NCBI GenBank assembly: GCA_902587755.1
Contig: CACIMN010000001.1
Coordinates: 318,669 to 382,668 of the forward strand
Source of the DNA: an uncultured Pelagibacteraceae bacterium
GTDB taxonomy: Bacteria > Pseudomonadota > Alphaproteobacteria > Pelagibacterales > Pelagibacteraceae
Direction: 5' to 3'
Length of the DNA: 64,000 bases
The notes under the pieces are model-generated. The model was not told where the DNA came from and made no database searches. It saw only the letters and a list, made by a program, of their open reading frames with translations. Numbering within the stretch: the stretch's first letter is position 1; every line of letters begins with the position of its first letter. Of this stretch, positions 52,577 through 64,000 are shown piece after piece. The position numbers and the translations under genes are program-made.

Positions 52577-54532
52577 TTAATTGAAGTTAATTGGGTCAAC
52601 ATCAACTGAAAGTTTTATTCCGGAAGAAAATTTATACCTTACAATATTTTTTGCAAGAGAGCTTTGTAGTTTCATAGATTTTAAGCCTCTAATTAAAAAT
52701 CTAACTCTAAATTTTCTCTTTAATCTAAATAATGGAGCATTTACTGGCCCTAATATCTTTCCTTCTATTTTGTTTTCAATAAAATTTTTAAAACTAATAG
52801 CTTCTTTTTTTAATTTAATTTCATTATCTCCTGTTAAGATTAAAGAAATAAATCGTTGAAAAGGAGGTAATTTATTTTTTTTTCTTATCTCCAACTCTCT
52901 TTCTAAGAAAATATCTGGATTTTTATTTGTAATTTCTGAAATCATCTTAGTATTGTTTTCATAAGTTTGAAAATATACTGTTGCTGGTTTCCCTACTCGT
53001 CCAGCACGACCGGAAAGCTGATGATAAAGTTGTAAATTTTTTTCTGCTCCTCTAAGGTCATGACCTTGAGATGAAAGGTCAATATCTACAACTACAATAC
53101 AATTTAAGCTTGGAAAATGAAAGCCTTTTGAAATTAATTGAGTTCCAACTAAAATATGTGTTTCATTATTAATAATTTTTTCTAATTTTTCTTTAGAGTC
53201 TTTTTTATTCATGGTATCACTTGAAAAAATCTCTGTTTTTTTTCCAGGAAATTTTCTTTTTACCTCCTCTGAAATTCTCTCAACACCAGGTCCACTAAAA
53301 ATAAATTCGCAATTACCTTCTTTTATACAATTCCTTTTAAGATCAGATTTGTATCCACAATAATGGCACAATAAATTATTTTTATTTTTGTGATAAACTA
53401 AATTGATACTACAATTTGGACATGTAAAACTTGTAAAACACTTATTGCATAAAGCATTTGGCGAAAAACCTCTTCTATTTAAAAAAAACAAAACTTGATC
53501 TTTTTTTTCTAAATGTAAATTAACTTTTTCAATAATTTTATTTGATAGCCACGATTGTTTTTCAAGTTTTGTATTATTTAAATTAATAATTTCATAATTA
53601 GGTAAAGCTGCGTTTTGATATCTTTCATTTAATCTTGAAACCTGGTATTTACCTTTTTTAATATTTTCAAAAGTTTCTATGGATGGAACAGCAGTAACCA
53701 AGTTTATTGGAATGTTTTCAAAAGATGCTCTAGAAATTGCCATATCACGACCATTGTAGGTTATACCCTCATCTTGTTTAAATGATTGATCGTGTTCCTC
53801 ATCAACAATTATCATTCCTAATTGTTTAAATGGTAAAAATAATGAAGACCTTGCACCAATAATTATTTTTACTTTACCATTAGAAACACCACTCCAAATT
53901 AATTCTTTCTTTTTTTTTGAAATACCCGAATGCCAAACTGCAGGTTTGAAACCAAAATAGTCTAAAAATTTTTGTTCAAACTGACTGGTTAAACCTATTT
54001 CTGGCAATAAAATTAATCCTTGAAAACCCTTCTCTATCATTGGTTTTAACGCTTCAAAATAAACTAAAGTTTTTCCTGATCCAGTTGTGCCTTGTAAAAC
54101 ATGAACTCTAAATTTTTTGTTTGAAACATTGATTTTTTTTAGAGATTTATTTTGATCACTAGATAGCTTGATTAAGTTTTGTTTAATTTTGCTATCAAAT
54201 ATTTGATAAAGTTGAGTTTCTTTGTTCTCTACCGCATTACCACTTAAGAGTACTAACTTTAATGCCATACCCTTCGGTATTAGATTATATTCTGCAAACC
54301 AATTTAAAAAATTTATTATATTTTTTTTTAACGGAGTAACGTCTAATTTCTTTATTACATTTTTAGTCTTAAAATTTTTATTATTATTTTTTTCAAATTC
54401 GTCCCAAACAACACCGGTAATTTTTGATTTTCCAAATGGTACCATTACATAATCACCAACTTTAAGATTTAAACTACTTTCATAAGTAAATGGATGATTA
54501 AAAATATTTGGAAGTAAAATTGGATATCTCAT
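52577..54532 (-). CDS. priA: Primosomal replication-restart helicase PriA
   Basis: 651 aa with Walker A GTTGSGKT, DEEH, a Cys-rich zinc insertion (CPNC...CHYCG) and QLSGRAGR. Confidence 0.93.
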   Translation of the reverse strand: MRYPILLPNIFNHPFTYESSLNLKVGDYVMVPFGKSKITGVVWDEFEKNNNKNFKTKNVIKKLDVTPLKKNIINFLNWFAEYNLIPKGMALKLVLLSGNAVENKETQLYQIFDSKIKQNLIKLSSDQNKSLKKINVSNKKFRVHVLQGTTGSGKTLVYFEALKPMIEKGFQGLILLPEIGLTSQFEQKFLDYFGFKPAVWHSGISKKKKELIWSGVSNGKVKIIIGARSSLFLPFKQLGMIIVDEEHDQSFKQDEGITYNGRDMAISRASFENIPINLVTAVPSIETFENIKKGKYQVSRLNERYQNAALPNYEIINLNNTKLEKQSWLSNKIIEKVNLHLEKKDQVLFFLNRRGFSPNALCNKCFTSFTCPNCSINLVYHKNKNNLLCHYCGYKSDLKRNCIKEGNCEFIFSGPGVERISEEVKRKFPGKKTEIFSSDTMNKKDSKEKLEKIINNETHILVGTQLISKGFHFPSLNCIVVVDIDLSSQGHDLRGAEKNLQLYHQLSGRAGRVGKPATVYFQTYENNTKMISEITNKNPDIFLERELEIRKKNKLPPFQRFISLILTGDNEIKLKKEAISFKNFIENKIEGKILGPVNAPLFRLKRKFRVRFLIRGLKSMKLQSSLAKNIVRYKFSSGIKLSVDVDPINFN

Positions 54533-54563
54533 ATATCTTAATAAAATTTACTTGATTTCTTAA

Positions 54564-55457
54564 CTAATGTAGATTGAGATATTTCTCATGTATCGCAATC
54601 AAAAAATTATAATCTTTTTTTCTAACATTTTTAAGTTCAATAATTTCTCTTGATATATTGACTTTAATAATGGATGAAAAAATAATTATTAACTTTTTAA
54701 ATAAAAAATTATTTGTTTTAAAATTTTCTTTAACAATAAAAATTCTATAGCCCATTTGTCTTAAAAAATCTATCGACGGTGTCTCATTAAACTTTGATTT
54801 AAATTCAATTTTTTTTTGCTCCAATGATATAACTGGTTTAAATTTTTGAATTATTTCTTTTCCTCCTTTTAAAATTTCAAATTCCATACCTTCAGTATCA
54901 ATCTTAATATATGAAATTATTTTAATTTTTTTTACTAAATCTGATAATTTAGATATATTTACTTTAAAATAATTTTTTTTTATATGATTTTTTAATACAT
55001 GGGTTGCACCATAATTTTCAGGATAATCTCTAAACTTTACCTTGCCTTTTTTTTCTCCCACGGCTGAATTTATACATTTTATATTTTTTAAATTCTTTGT
55101 ATTAAATTTTAGAATTTCAAATATTTTTTGATGTGGCTCAAAAGCAATAACACCTTTGAATTTCTTTGAAAATTGTATCGAATGATTTCCTATATTTGCA
55201 CCAATATCTAAAGCATATCCCTTATTTGGATTAATTTTGATTTTATATAAAATATCAAAAATATCCTGAATAAATTTTTTTTCATAAACACCATCAACAA
55301 ACATATTTGCGCCTATCCACTCATTATTAAAAACTGCCACGGGATGTAAATTATCTTTATTTCGTTTTGCAGACTTTGATGCCAAATATTTTAATATAAA
55401 TTTTTTGATTAAATTATCTTTTATATCAAAAGGAATTTTTTTTGTATTAAGTATCAT
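54564..55457 (-). CDS. FkbM-family SAM-dependent methyltransferase
   Basis: 297 aa with LDIGANIGNHS, AFEP and IKIDTEGMEFEIL, the characteristic FkbM-family blocks. Confidence 0.75.
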   Translation of the reverse strand: MILNTKKIPFDIKDNLIKKFILKYLASKSAKRNKDNLHPVAVFNNEWIGANMFVDGVYEKKFIQDIFDILYKIKINPNKGYALDIGANIGNHSIQFSKKFKGVIAFEPHQKIFEILKFNTKNLKNIKCINSAVGEKKGKVKFRDYPENYGATHVLKNHIKKNYFKVNISKLSDLVKKIKIISYIKIDTEGMEFEILKGGKEIIQKFKPVISLEQKKIEFKSKFNETPSIDFLRQMGYRIFIVKENFKTNNFLFKKLIIIFSSIIKVNISREIIELKNVRKKDYNFLIAIHEKYLNLH

Positions 55458-55550
55458 TTATTTCTTAATTTAATTAAGATTCTATTATGCTTAAACATAT
55501 AGATAAAACTCAAGATTAAAATAATTTCTTAACTAACAATAATGTTTTAA

Positions 55551-56951
55551 TTAAGAGTGTATTGCTCTTTTATCTACTGATAAAGCAGCTTCTTTGACTG
55601 CTTCAGAAAAGGTTGGATGAGCATGACAAGTTCGGGCAATATCTTCTGCACTTGCACCAAATTCCATTGCAACACCAATCTCTGCAATTAATTCTCCTGC
55701 ATGAGGTCCAATAATATGTGCACCTAATACTTTATCTGTTTGCTCATCAGCTAAAATTTTTACAAAACCCTCTGCATCATCTATAGCTTTAGCTCTTGAA
55801 TTAGCCATAAATGAAAATTTCCCAACTTTATATTTTTTATCCAATTCTTTTAATTGTTCCTCAGTTTTACCAATTGATGCTACTTCTGGTGTTGTGTAAA
55901 TTACACCTGGAATTGTATCGTAATTTACATGCCCTGATTGACCAACTATATTTTCTGCGACCGCAATACCTTCATCCTCTGCTTTATGTGCAAGCATTGG
56001 ACCAACAATTACGTCGCCTATTGCATAAATATTTTCCACGTTTGTCTTAAAATTTTTATCAGTTTTAATTCTATACCTTTCATCAAGATTTACTCCTACA
56101 GAGTCTAAATTTAAACCATCAGTATTAGGTTTTCTGCCAACAGAAATTAAAACTACATCACATTCAAAATTATTTTTATTACCTTCTTTATCTATTGTTG
56201 AAACCACTACGCCTGCCTCATTTTTTTCAATTGTTTCAACTTTATTTTGCATATTAAATTTCATTCCTTGTTTTTTTAAAATTTTCATAAATTCTGTTGA
56301 GATTTCTTTATCCATTCCAGGAGTAATATGATCTAAAAATTCAACAACTTGAACTTCTGCTCCAAGTCTTGACCATACAGATCCCATTTCTAATCCTATA
56401 TAACCTCCCCCTACAACTACCATTTTCTTAGGAACTTTTTCTAATTTTAAAGCACCTGTTGAAGAAATAATTTTTTTCTCATCTATATCTATTCCTGGTA
56501 ATGAAACTGGTACTGATCCTGTGGCGATAATTGTTTTTTCCGTTTGGATAACAGTTTCTTTATTTTTATCATCCTTTATTAAAATTTCATTTTTAGATTT
56601 GAAACTCCCGTGTCCTTTAAAGTAAGTAACTTTGTTTTTTTTCAAAAGAAATTCCACACCTTTTGTAAGAACTGTTACAGCTTTATCTTTACTTTTCATC
56701 ATTTTCTCTAAATTTAATTTTACTTCACCAACCTCTATACCTTTATTTGCCAATCCTTTAACTTTGTGAAATTCTTCAGAAAGATTAAGTAAGCTCTTTG
56801 AAGGGATACAACCAATATTTAAACAAGTCCCCCCTAAAGACCCTCTGGACTCAATACATGCTGTTTTTAGTCCTAATTGGGCAAGCCTGATTGCACACAC
56901 ATATCCACCAGGGCCACCTCCAATAACTACAGCTTGAAATTTCTCTAACAT
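55551..56951 (-). CDS. lpdA: Dihydrolipoyl dehydrogenase (E3)
   Basis: GGGPGGY FAD site, redox disulfide GGTCLNIGCIPSK, C-terminal HAHPTFSE. Confidence 0.95.
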   Translation of the reverse strand: MLEKFQAVVIGGGPGGYVCAIRLAQLGLKTACIESRGSLGGTCLNIGCIPSKSLLNLSEEFHKVKGLANKGIEVGEVKLNLEKMMKSKDKAVTVLTKGVEFLLKKNKVTYFKGHGSFKSKNEILIKDDKNKETVIQTEKTIIATGSVPVSLPGIDIDEKKIISSTGALKLEKVPKKMVVVGGGYIGLEMGSVWSRLGAEVQVVEFLDHITPGMDKEISTEFMKILKKQGMKFNMQNKVETIEKNEAGVVVSTIDKEGNKNNFECDVVLISVGRKPNTDGLNLDSVGVNLDERYRIKTDKNFKTNVENIYAIGDVIVGPMLAHKAEDEGIAVAENIVGQSGHVNYDTIPGVIYTTPEVASIGKTEEQLKELDKKYKVGKFSFMANSRAKAIDDAEGFVKILADEQTDKVLGAHIIGPHAGELIAEIGVAMEFGASAEDIARTCHAHPTFSEAVKEAALSVDKRAIHS

Positions 56952-58250
56952 TTAAATATCCAAAAATAATCTTCTGGGGTCTTCTAAATTTTCTTTAATC
57001 ATTTTTAGAAAAGATACAGATTCTTTTCCATCAATAATTCTGTGATCATACGATAGTGCTAAATACATAATTGGTCTTATTTTAATTTCACCATCTATAA
57101 CAACTGGTCTTTCTACTATGTTATGCATACCTAGTACACCAGATTGTGGTAAATTTAGTATTGGAGTTGAAAGCATTGACCCATAAACACCACCATTACT
57201 AATTGTAAATGTTCCTCCTTGAAGATCTTCGATGGTTAACTTTCCATCTCGTGCTTTTTCTGAAATTTCTTTAATATTTTTTTCTATATCAGCAAAAGAC
57301 AATTCATCTACATTTCTTAAAACTGGAACGACTAAACCTTTATCTGTACCAACAGCAAAACTTATATTGTAATAATTTTTGTATATAATCTCATCTTTGT
57401 CTATTTCCGCATTCACTACAGGGAAATGCTTTAAAGCAACTACACATGCTTTTACAAAGAAAGACATGAATCCTAGCTTAACCCCATAACGAGATTGAAA
57501 ATCTGCCTGATTTTCTTTTCTCATTTCCATTACGCTGCTCATATCAACCTCATTAAAAGTTGTTAAAAGAGCTGCATTCTCTTGTGCTTGCTTTAATCTT
57601 TTTGCAATAGTTTGTCTCAACCTGCTCATTTTAATTCGTTCTTCTTCACCATACTGAATTTTTCTTTCAGATGGTTTTGGATTTACTCCCATCAAACTTA
57701 TTAAATCGCCTTTTAAAAGTCTTCCATCTTTTCCTGAACCTTGAATTGAATTAATGTCAATATTATTTTCAACAACAATTTTTCTCACTGCTGGAGACAA
57801 GTTTTGATTTACATCTGTTTTAATAGCGACTTCTGGTTTAACTTCCTCGGTTAAAACAAGTGGCTTTGATTTAGAATTTTCAATTTTTTTTTCTTCAAAT
57901 ATCTTTGGTTCTTTTTTGTTAGCATCCAATTTTATTACATTACTTTCTTTGAGGACTACTTCATCTTTTTTAAATTTTTCTTTCTTTATTGAAGTAGTTT
58001 TTACTAATCCGCCCTCTTCAGATACAGATCCTAATAACGCACCCACTTCAACTACCGAACCATCTTGTGAATTTATCTCAGTTAATACTCCAGAAATTGG
58101 GGATGGAACCTCTAAATTTACTTTATCTGTCTCAAGTTCTACAATTGGCTCATCTGCTTCAACTGTATCACCTGGATTTTTAAGCCATTTTGCAACAGTT
58201 GCTTCTGTTATACTTTCTCCTAAAACTGGAACTAAAATTTTTTCACTCAT
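56952..58250 (-). CDS. sucB: 2-oxoglutarate dehydrogenase E2 (dihydrolipoamide succinyltransferase)
   Basis: Lipoyl domain (ETDKV), E3-binding domain (SPAVRK) and catalytic DHRIIDG. Confidence 0.95.
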   Translation of the reverse strand: MSEKILVPVLGESITEATVAKWLKNPGDTVEADEPIVELETDKVNLEVPSPISGVLTEINSQDGSVVEVGALLGSVSEEGGLVKTTSIKKEKFKKDEVVLKESNVIKLDANKKEPKIFEEKKIENSKSKPLVLTEEVKPEVAIKTDVNQNLSPAVRKIVVENNIDINSIQGSGKDGRLLKGDLISLMGVNPKPSERKIQYGEEERIKMSRLRQTIAKRLKQAQENAALLTTFNEVDMSSVMEMRKENQADFQSRYGVKLGFMSFFVKACVVALKHFPVVNAEIDKDEIIYKNYYNISFAVGTDKGLVVPVLRNVDELSFADIEKNIKEISEKARDGKLTIEDLQGGTFTISNGGVYGSMLSTPILNLPQSGVLGMHNIVERPVVIDGEIKIRPIMYLALSYDHRIIDGKESVSFLKMIKENLEDPRRLFLDI

Positions 58251-58255
58251 TATAA

Positions 58256-61174
58256 TTATTCAAATACTTTTTTAATTATTTCTTGTTGTTGAGAATTGTG
58301 CCTTTTAGCATATCCTGTTGCTGGGGTTGCATCTGGGCTTCTTCCTATATAAGAAATTTTATTATTATTAGCCTTAATAGTATCTAATGTCCATTGGATA
58401 TAGTCCCTCACTGAAAACCAAGCTCCCATATTTTTTGGCTCTTCCTGACACCAGAAGAATTTTGCGTTTTTAGCATACGGTTTTAACTCATTAACCAATG
58501 CTTTTGCAGGAAATGGATACAACTGTTCGATTCTATACATCACAACGTCATCTTTTTTAAGCTTTTCTCTAGCATCTAATAAATCAAAATATACTTTTCC
58601 AGAACAAAGAATTACTTTTTTAATCTTAGAGCTTTCTTTTAGCTTAACAAATCCTTTAGACTTAGGATCGATGGCATGATCCCACAATACTCTGTGGAAA
58701 GTATTTTTTTTATTGAAATCTTCTAAATTTGAAACACAATATTTATTTCTTAATAGTGACTTTGGTGTCATTATGACCAAAGGTTTCCTAAAACTCCTAT
58801 GCATTTGTCTTCTCAAAGCATGGAAATAGTTCGCTGGAGTTGTGCAGTTCATTACTTGCATATTATCGTTTGAACATAATTGTAAAAATCTTTCTAGTCT
58901 TGCTGACGAATGCTCTGGACCTTGACCTTCATATCCATGCGGCAATAGCATTACTATTCCAGATGCTCTGTTCCATTTTCTCTCACCTGAAGCAATAAAT
59001 TGATCAATTACTACTTGAGCACCATTTGCAAAGTCACCAAATTGAGCTTCCCAAAGAGTAAGAGTGTTTGGCTCCACAAGACTGTAACCATATTCAAATC
59101 CCAAAACAGCAAGTTCAGATAAAAAACTATCTACTATTTCAAATTGTTTTTGAAAATCTGAAATATTATTTAAAGGAACATATCTTGAATTATCTGTTTG
59201 ATTTCTTAGCACAGAGTGCCTTTGGCTGAATGTTCCTCTACCAGAGTCCTGCCCTACAAGTCTCACAGGATATCCTTCGTCAAGTAAAGATCCAAATGCT
59301 AGAGCCTCTGCTGAAGACCAATCAATATCGCCTCCTTTCTCAATATTTTCTTTTCTAGCATTAAAAATTTTAGTGATAGTTTTATGAATATTTTTTTCTT
59401 CAGGAATAGTATTTATTTTTTCTGATATAAATTTTAATTTATCCTCCTCATATCCTGTTATGCCTCTTTTATCTTTCCCTCTTTCAGGTTTATATCTTGA
59501 CCATGTTCCTTCAAACCATTCTATTTTGGGTTTATAATCTTTCGCACTTTTATATTGTTCATTAAGTAAATCCTTAAATGATTTGACATTTTGATTTAGT
59601 AATTGTTGAGTTATAGAATTTTCGTTAACTAGTTTATTTCCATAAATTTTGTAAACACTTGGGTGTGATCTGATTTTTTTATACATTAAAGGTTGGGTGA
59701 ATGAAGGCTCATCTCCCTCATTATGTCCAAACCTTCTATAGCAGATTAAATCTACCACTACGTCTCTGTTAAATTTTAATCTAAATTCTGTTGCAATTCT
59801 AGTCGCATAAACAACTGCTTCTGGATCATCTCCGTTAACATGAAGAATTGGTGCCTCAACCATTTTTGCGACATCAGATGGATAAGGTGATGACCTTGCA
59901 AATCTTGGACTGGTAGTAAATCCTATCTGATTGTTAACAATAATATGAATCGTTCCTCCGGTGTTATGACCAGGTAAACCAGACATTGCAAAACATTCAG
60001 CTACAACACCTTGACCTGCAAATGCTGCATCTCCATGAATGAGGATAGGTATAACTTTATTTCTCTCTCGGTCTTTGTGAAAAAATTGTTTAGCTCTTGT
60101 CTGCCCCAAGACAACTGGATTAACAGCTTCTAAGTGAGAAGGATTGTCCGTCAAACTTACATGAACGGAATTTCCATCAAACTCTCTGTCTGAAGATGCG
60201 CCAAGATGATATTTCACATCTCCAGCACTATCTTCAGCGTCTGAACTAAATTCACCTGCAAATTCATTAAAAATTTTCTTGTAAGACTTTTGCAAAACGT
60301 TTGCTAAAACATTAAGTCTACCTCTGTGAGACATTCCTATTTTAACTTCTTTTATATTGTTCTGACCACCTATTTTTATAATTTGTTCAAGAGCAGGTAT
60401 CAAACTTTCTCCACCATCCAAACCAAACCTTTTTGTCCCTACATACTTAGTAGCTAAAAATTTTTCAAATCCTTCAGCCTGTACTAGTTTATTTAAAATT
60501 GCCTCTTTTCCATTTTTGGTAAATTGAAGTGCATTTTTATCTTGCTCTATTCTATCTCTAAACCACATCCTTTCATCTGGATTAGAAATATGCATAAACT
60601 CATAACCTATTTTTCCACAATAGGTCTTTTTCATAAATTTAAGTATTTCTCTTATATTTGCATACTTACGGTTAATTACTCCATTAAGAAAAATCTTCTT
60701 ATCGTAATTTTCTTTTTTAAAACCATAAAAATCTGGATGGAGTTCGTCTAAATATTCAGACTCTCTCATTTCTAATGGATCAAGATCTGCTAATAGGTGT
60801 CCTCTTAATCTATAAGCTCTAATTAATGCTACAGCGCTAATTGAGTCCTTATTTGAGTCAGCAAGTAATTGAAAATTAAATTTTTCTGAAGTATCGATTT
60901 TTTCATTATTAAAATCGCTCTTGTCCTGTTCTTCTATTTTTTTTTGTAATTCATCAATATTGATTTTTTTTTTAGTTGGTCCCCAAGAAGGACCATTAAT
61001 TTCTTTTGCTATAACATTTAATTCTTCACCAATGTCCTCAAAATAGTTTGCCCAACTTTCTGGGAGATCTGCATCTTTATTGATAAATTTTAAATACATC
61101 TCTTCTATAAATGCACTATTAGATTTATTTAAAAATGAAGTTTTTTCGAAATCAAGATTTTTTGATGAAGACAT
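58256..61174 (-). CDS. sucA: 2-oxoglutarate dehydrogenase E1 component
   Basis: 972 aa with [21 protein letters not shown] and the ThDP-binding GDAAFAGQG. Confidence 0.97.
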   Translation of the reverse strand: MSSSKNLDFEKTSFLNKSNSAFIEEMYLKFINKDADLPESWANYFEDIGEELNVIAKEINGPSWGPTKKKINIDELQKKIEEQDKSDFNNEKIDTSEKFNFQLLADSNKDSISAVALIRAYRLRGHLLADLDPLEMRESEYLDELHPDFYGFKKENYDKKIFLNGVINRKYANIREILKFMKKTYCGKIGYEFMHISNPDERMWFRDRIEQDKNALQFTKNGKEAILNKLVQAEGFEKFLATKYVGTKRFGLDGGESLIPALEQIIKIGGQNNIKEVKIGMSHRGRLNVLANVLQKSYKKIFNEFAGEFSSDAEDSAGDVKYHLGASSDREFDGNSVHVSLTDNPSHLEAVNPVVLGQTRAKQFFHKDRERNKVIPILIHGDAAFAGQGVVAECFAMSGLPGHNTGGTIHIIVNNQIGFTTSPRFARSSPYPSDVAKMVEAPILHVNGDDPEAVVYATRIATEFRLKFNRDVVVDLICYRRFGHNEGDEPSFTQPLMYKKIRSHPSVYKIYGNKLVNENSITQQLLNQNVKSFKDLLNEQYKSAKDYKPKIEWFEGTWSRYKPERGKDKRGITGYEEDKLKFISEKINTIPEEKNIHKTITKIFNARKENIEKGGDIDWSSAEALAFGSLLDEGYPVRLVGQDSGRGTFSQRHSVLRNQTDNSRYVPLNNISDFQKQFEIVDSFLSELAVLGFEYGYSLVEPNTLTLWEAQFGDFANGAQVVIDQFIASGERKWNRASGIVMLLPHGYEGQGPEHSSARLERFLQLCSNDNMQVMNCTTPANYFHALRRQMHRSFRKPLVIMTPKSLLRNKYCVSNLEDFNKKNTFHRVLWDHAIDPKSKGFVKLKESSKIKKVILCSGKVYFDLLDAREKLKKDDVVMYRIEQLYPFPAKALVNELKPYAKNAKFFWCQEEPKNMGAWFSVRDYIQWTLDTIKANNNKISYIGRSPDATPATGYAKRHNSQQQEIIKKVFE

Positions 61175-61209
61175 CTTATTTATCTAATATATCTCTCTGA
61201 TATTATTTT

Positions 61210-62085
61210 TCAATTAGACAGTTTATTGAATAAAGTTTTTCCAATAATTGATGGTGATTTAGCAACTATAATACCACATTCCTCCATTTTTTTAATCTTA
61301 TCTTCAGCTCCACCTTTTCCACCTGATATAATGGCACCAGCATGCCCCATTCTTCTTCCTGGAGGAGCAGTAATTCCAGCGATAAATCCAACTATTGGTT
61401 TTTTAATCTTATGATTTTTTATAAAGTCAGCCGCTTCTTCTTCAGCTGTTCCTCCAATTTCACCAATCATTAAAATAGATTCTGTTTCATCATCATTTAA
61501 AAATAAATCTAAACAATCTATGAAATTTGTTCCATTAATGGGATCACCACCAATACCAATACAAGTTGATTGACCAAGTCCATTTTCAGTTGTTTGGGCT
61601 ACTGCTTCATATGTCAATGTTCCTGACCTTGATACAATTCCAACACTTCCTCTCTTGTGAATACTTCCCGGCATAATGCCAATTTTACATTCATCTGGTG
61701 TAATAATTCCTGGACAATTAGGTCCAATTAATCTGCTATTAGAGCCACTTAATTTTTGTCTTACCTTAAGCATATCCTGAATTGGAATTCCTTCAGTTAT
61801 ACAAACAATAAGTTGAATTGATGCATCAATAGCCTCAATGATTGCTGCAGCTGCAAATTTAGCAGGAACATAAATCATAGTTGCATCTGCTCCTACTTCA
61901 TTTTTTGCCTCTAAAACACTATTAAAAACTGGTCTATCTAAATGTTTTTGTCCACCTTTCTTTGGTGTAACTCCACCAACAAGATTGGTTCCATATTTTA
62001 TAGCCTGCTCCGAATGAAAAGTACCGTGCGAGCCAGTAAATCCCTGACAAATTACCTTAGTATATTTATTTACCAAAACTGACAT
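61210..62085 (-). CDS. sucD: Succinyl-CoA synthetase alpha subunit
   Basis: [11 protein letters not shown], with the phospho-His in MGHAGAII. Confidence 0.97.
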   Translation of the reverse strand: MSVLVNKYTKVICQGFTGSHGTFHSEQAIKYGTNLVGGVTPKKGGQKHLDRPVFNSVLEAKNEVGADATMIYVPAKFAAAAIIEAIDASIQLIVCITEGIPIQDMLKVRQKLSGSNSRLIGPNCPGIITPDECKIGIMPGSIHKRGSVGIVSRSGTLTYEAVAQTTENGLGQSTCIGIGGDPINGTNFIDCLDLFLNDDETESILMIGEIGGTAEEEAADFIKNHKIKKPIVGFIAGITAPPGRRMGHAGAIISGGKGGAEDKIKKMEECGIIVAKSPSIIGKTLFNKLSN

Positions 62086-62086
62086 A

Positions 62087-63247
62087 TTATTTTATCGCCT
62101 CAACAATTTTCTTAGCAGCATCATCTAAATTTTCTGCTGAAATTAATTCTAATCCAGAATTATCAAGAATTTCTTTTCCCTCTTGAAAATTTGTACCTGC
62201 TAATCGTACAACTAAAGGTACACTAATATTAATTTCTTTAGCTGCATCAACTACTCCTTGAGCAAGGACATCACATCTCATAATTCCTCCAAAAATATTA
62301 ATTAAAATACCTTTAACATTTTTGTCTGAAAGAATTATCTTTAATGCAGCAGATACTTTTTCTTTAGATGCACCACCACCTACGTCTAAAAAATTTGCTG
62401 GCTCTTTTCCATACAATTTAATTATATCCATCGTTGCCATCGCTAAACCTGCTCCATTTACCATACAACCGATACCTCCATCTAGCTTGATATATGCGAG
62501 ATCATGCTTGCTAGCTTCTATCTCAGTAGGATCTTCCTCATTTAAATCTCTTAATTCAACAATTTCTGGATGTCTGAATAAAGCGTTAGAGTCAAAATTA
62601 ACTTTTGCATCTAAACAAACAATTTTTTCCTCTTTTGTCAAAATTAATGGATTAACTTCAACCATGTTTGCATCAGTACTCACAAACATTTTATATATTG
62701 ATTTAATTAATGTTATTGCTTGTTTTTTTGCGTCTTCATTTAAATTAAAAATATTAATTATTTTTTCACAATCTAACTCAGAAATTTCATCACTCATATC
62801 GACTTTTGTAGTTATAATTTTTTCAGGTGAACTGCTTGCAACTTCTTCAATGTCCATCCCTCCTTGGTCACTTGATATAAATGCAATTTTAGAACTTGCC
62901 CTATCAACCAAACACGATAAGTAAAATTCTTTATCTATATTTGATGATTCTTCTACGTATAATCTTTTTACCTCTCTACCTTCAGGGCCAGTTTGATGAG
63001 TAACTAGTGTTTTTCCTAATAATTCTTTAGCTGCTACCGTTAGTTCCTCGATAGATTTTAAAATTTTTACACCACCAGCTTTTCCTCTACCTCCAGCATG
63101 GATTTGTGCTTTAAGCACATATTTCTCAGTTTTGAGTGCTTTTGCTTTTTGAATAAGTTCATCAACATTTAGCGCAAATACTCCTTCAGGGACTGCAGCT
63201 CCATATTTTTTTAATATTTGTTTAGCTTGATGCTCGTGAATATTCAT
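62087..63247 (-). CDS. sucC: Succinyl-CoA synthetase beta subunit
   Basis: [19 protein letters not shown]-grasp fold, GGIMRCD. Confidence 0.97.
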   Translation of the reverse strand: MNIHEHQAKQILKKYGAAVPEGVFALNVDELIQKAKALKTEKYVLKAQIHAGGRGKAGGVKILKSIEELTVAAKELLGKTLVTHQTGPEGREVKRLYVEESSNIDKEFYLSCLVDRASSKIAFISSDQGGMDIEEVASSSPEKIITTKVDMSDEISELDCEKIINIFNLNEDAKKQAITLIKSIYKMFVSTDANMVEVNPLILTKEEKIVCLDAKVNFDSNALFRHPEIVELRDLNEEDPTEIEASKHDLAYIKLDGGIGCMVNGAGLAMATMDIIKLYGKEPANFLDVGGGASKEKVSAALKIILSDKNVKGILINIFGGIMRCDVLAQGVVDAAKEINISVPLVVRLAGTNFQEGKEILDNSGLELISAENLDDAAKKIVEAIK

Positions 63248-63249
63248 TA

Positions 63250-64000
63250 TTATTTAGATAAATCAGGATCTATTTTAGATGCAGCTTCCCATAAAGCTTT
63301 TACAGCATCTATAGAATGCATAAATTCTTTTTTTTCTTTTTCATCTAAATCAATCTCTTCAATTCTTTCTACACCATCTTTTCCAATGACAACAGGAACA
63401 CCTGCATAAACATTTTTCACTCCATATTCTCCATTTAATTGTACAGCACAAGGTAATAATTTTTTCTGATCATTCAAATATGCTTCTGCCATTTGAACAC
63501 CCGAAGCTGCTGGTGCATAAAAGGCTGATCCTTTTTCCAAATATTTAACTATTTCCGCACCACCATCTCGCGTTCTTTGATTTATTTCCTCAACTCTTTC
63601 TAAAGAAATCTTTCCATCCTTTACAAGATCCAACAATGGTTTACCTGAAATTTTTGTAAATCTCGGCATAGGAACCATAGTGTCACCATGACCACCCATA
63701 ACCATAGCCTCAATCTCTCTTACTGGCACATTTAGTTCTAATGATAAAAATAATTTAAATCTCGAACTATCTAAAATACCTGCCATACCAACAACTTTAT
63801 TTGATGGCAAACCTGAAAATTTTTGAAATGCCATAACCATAACATCTAAAGGATTGGTGATACAGATTACAAAAGCGTTAGGAGCATTTTTCTTTACCCC
63901 CTCAGCAACTTGTTTAATAATTTTTAAATTAATTCCAAGAAGATCGTCTCGGCTCATTCCGGGTTTTCTTGGAACACCTGCTGTAATTATAATTACATCT
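63250..64000 (-). CDS. mdh: Malate dehydrogenase, LDH-like type (partial, N-terminus beyond the window)
   Basis: The frame stays open to 64000 (my translation: [21 protein letters not shown]...). Catalytic GGHGDTMVP is present, and the gene heads the classic mdh-sucCDAB-lpd order. Confidence 0.95.
   Translation of the reverse strand, partial: DVIIITAGVPRKPGMSRDDLLGINLKIIKQVAEGVKKNAPNAFVICITNPLDVMVMAFQKFSGLPSNKVVGMAGILDSSRFKLFLSLELNVPVREIEAMVMGGHGDTMVPMPRFTKISGKPLLDLVKDGKISLERVEEINQRTRDGGAEIVKYLEKGSAFYAPAASGVQMAEAYLNDQKKLLPCAVQLNGEYGVKNVYAGVPVVIGKDGVERIEEIDLDEKEKKEFMHSIDAVKALWEAASKIDPDLSK

Noticed and set aside
62322-62924. A 200-aa plus-strand ORF, together with similar long ORFs at 57916-58275, 41153-41554, 10025-10381, 12750-13052 and 46303-46581.
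   Set aside because: All lie antisense to, or out of frame within, strongly conserved genes (sucC, sucB, rplU, sseA, the RND pump, ctpA). Their translations are low-complexity (Ser/Leu/Phe/Ile-rich) with no recognisable motifs. These are classic shadow ORFs.

Overview
This window is a strongly AT-rich, very gene-dense alphaproteobacterial chromosome segment. Gene order, tiny or negative intergenic spacers, class I LysRS and Lys-rich protein tails suggest a SAR11/Pelagibacterales-type streamlined genome; that assignment is inference, since no search was run. I support 67 protein-coding genes, two of them truncated by the window edges, one riboswitch and two candidate promoters. I saw no rRNA, tRNA, CRISPR array, transposase, integrase, phage genes or recognisable defence or toxin-antitoxin module. 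From left to right the window holds: a purine/urate catabolic island (xdhAB, hiuH, uraD, alc, allA, puuE, a cytochrome c and a split xdhC); small accessory genes (GT17 glycosyltransferase, DUF1330); repair, stress and efflux genes (alkA, msrA, sseA, an RND pair); cell-wall recycling genes (SLT lipoprotein, amgK-murU, ampG-NlpC/P60); ahcY; a ChvG/ChvI-like two-component system; polA; bioY; an orphan regA; a polyamine trio (ornithine decarboxylase, deoxyhypusine-synthase-like, agmatinase-like); rpmB, pyrD, lysK and trkH; tyrC-hisC; a SAM-II-type riboswitch with metXW; gloB; the conserved rplU-rpmA-obg-proBA-nadD-rsfS-ctpA-rppH block; atpHAGDC; priA; an FkbM methyltransferase; and lpd-sucBA-sucDC-mdh. 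I did not find a convincingly new multi-gene system. The best candidates for follow-up are the DHS-like/agmatinase-like polyamine module and the purine island, which lacks a visible urate oxidase but carries an embedded stand-alone cytochrome c and a split XdhC. Most of the window is ordinary core genome.
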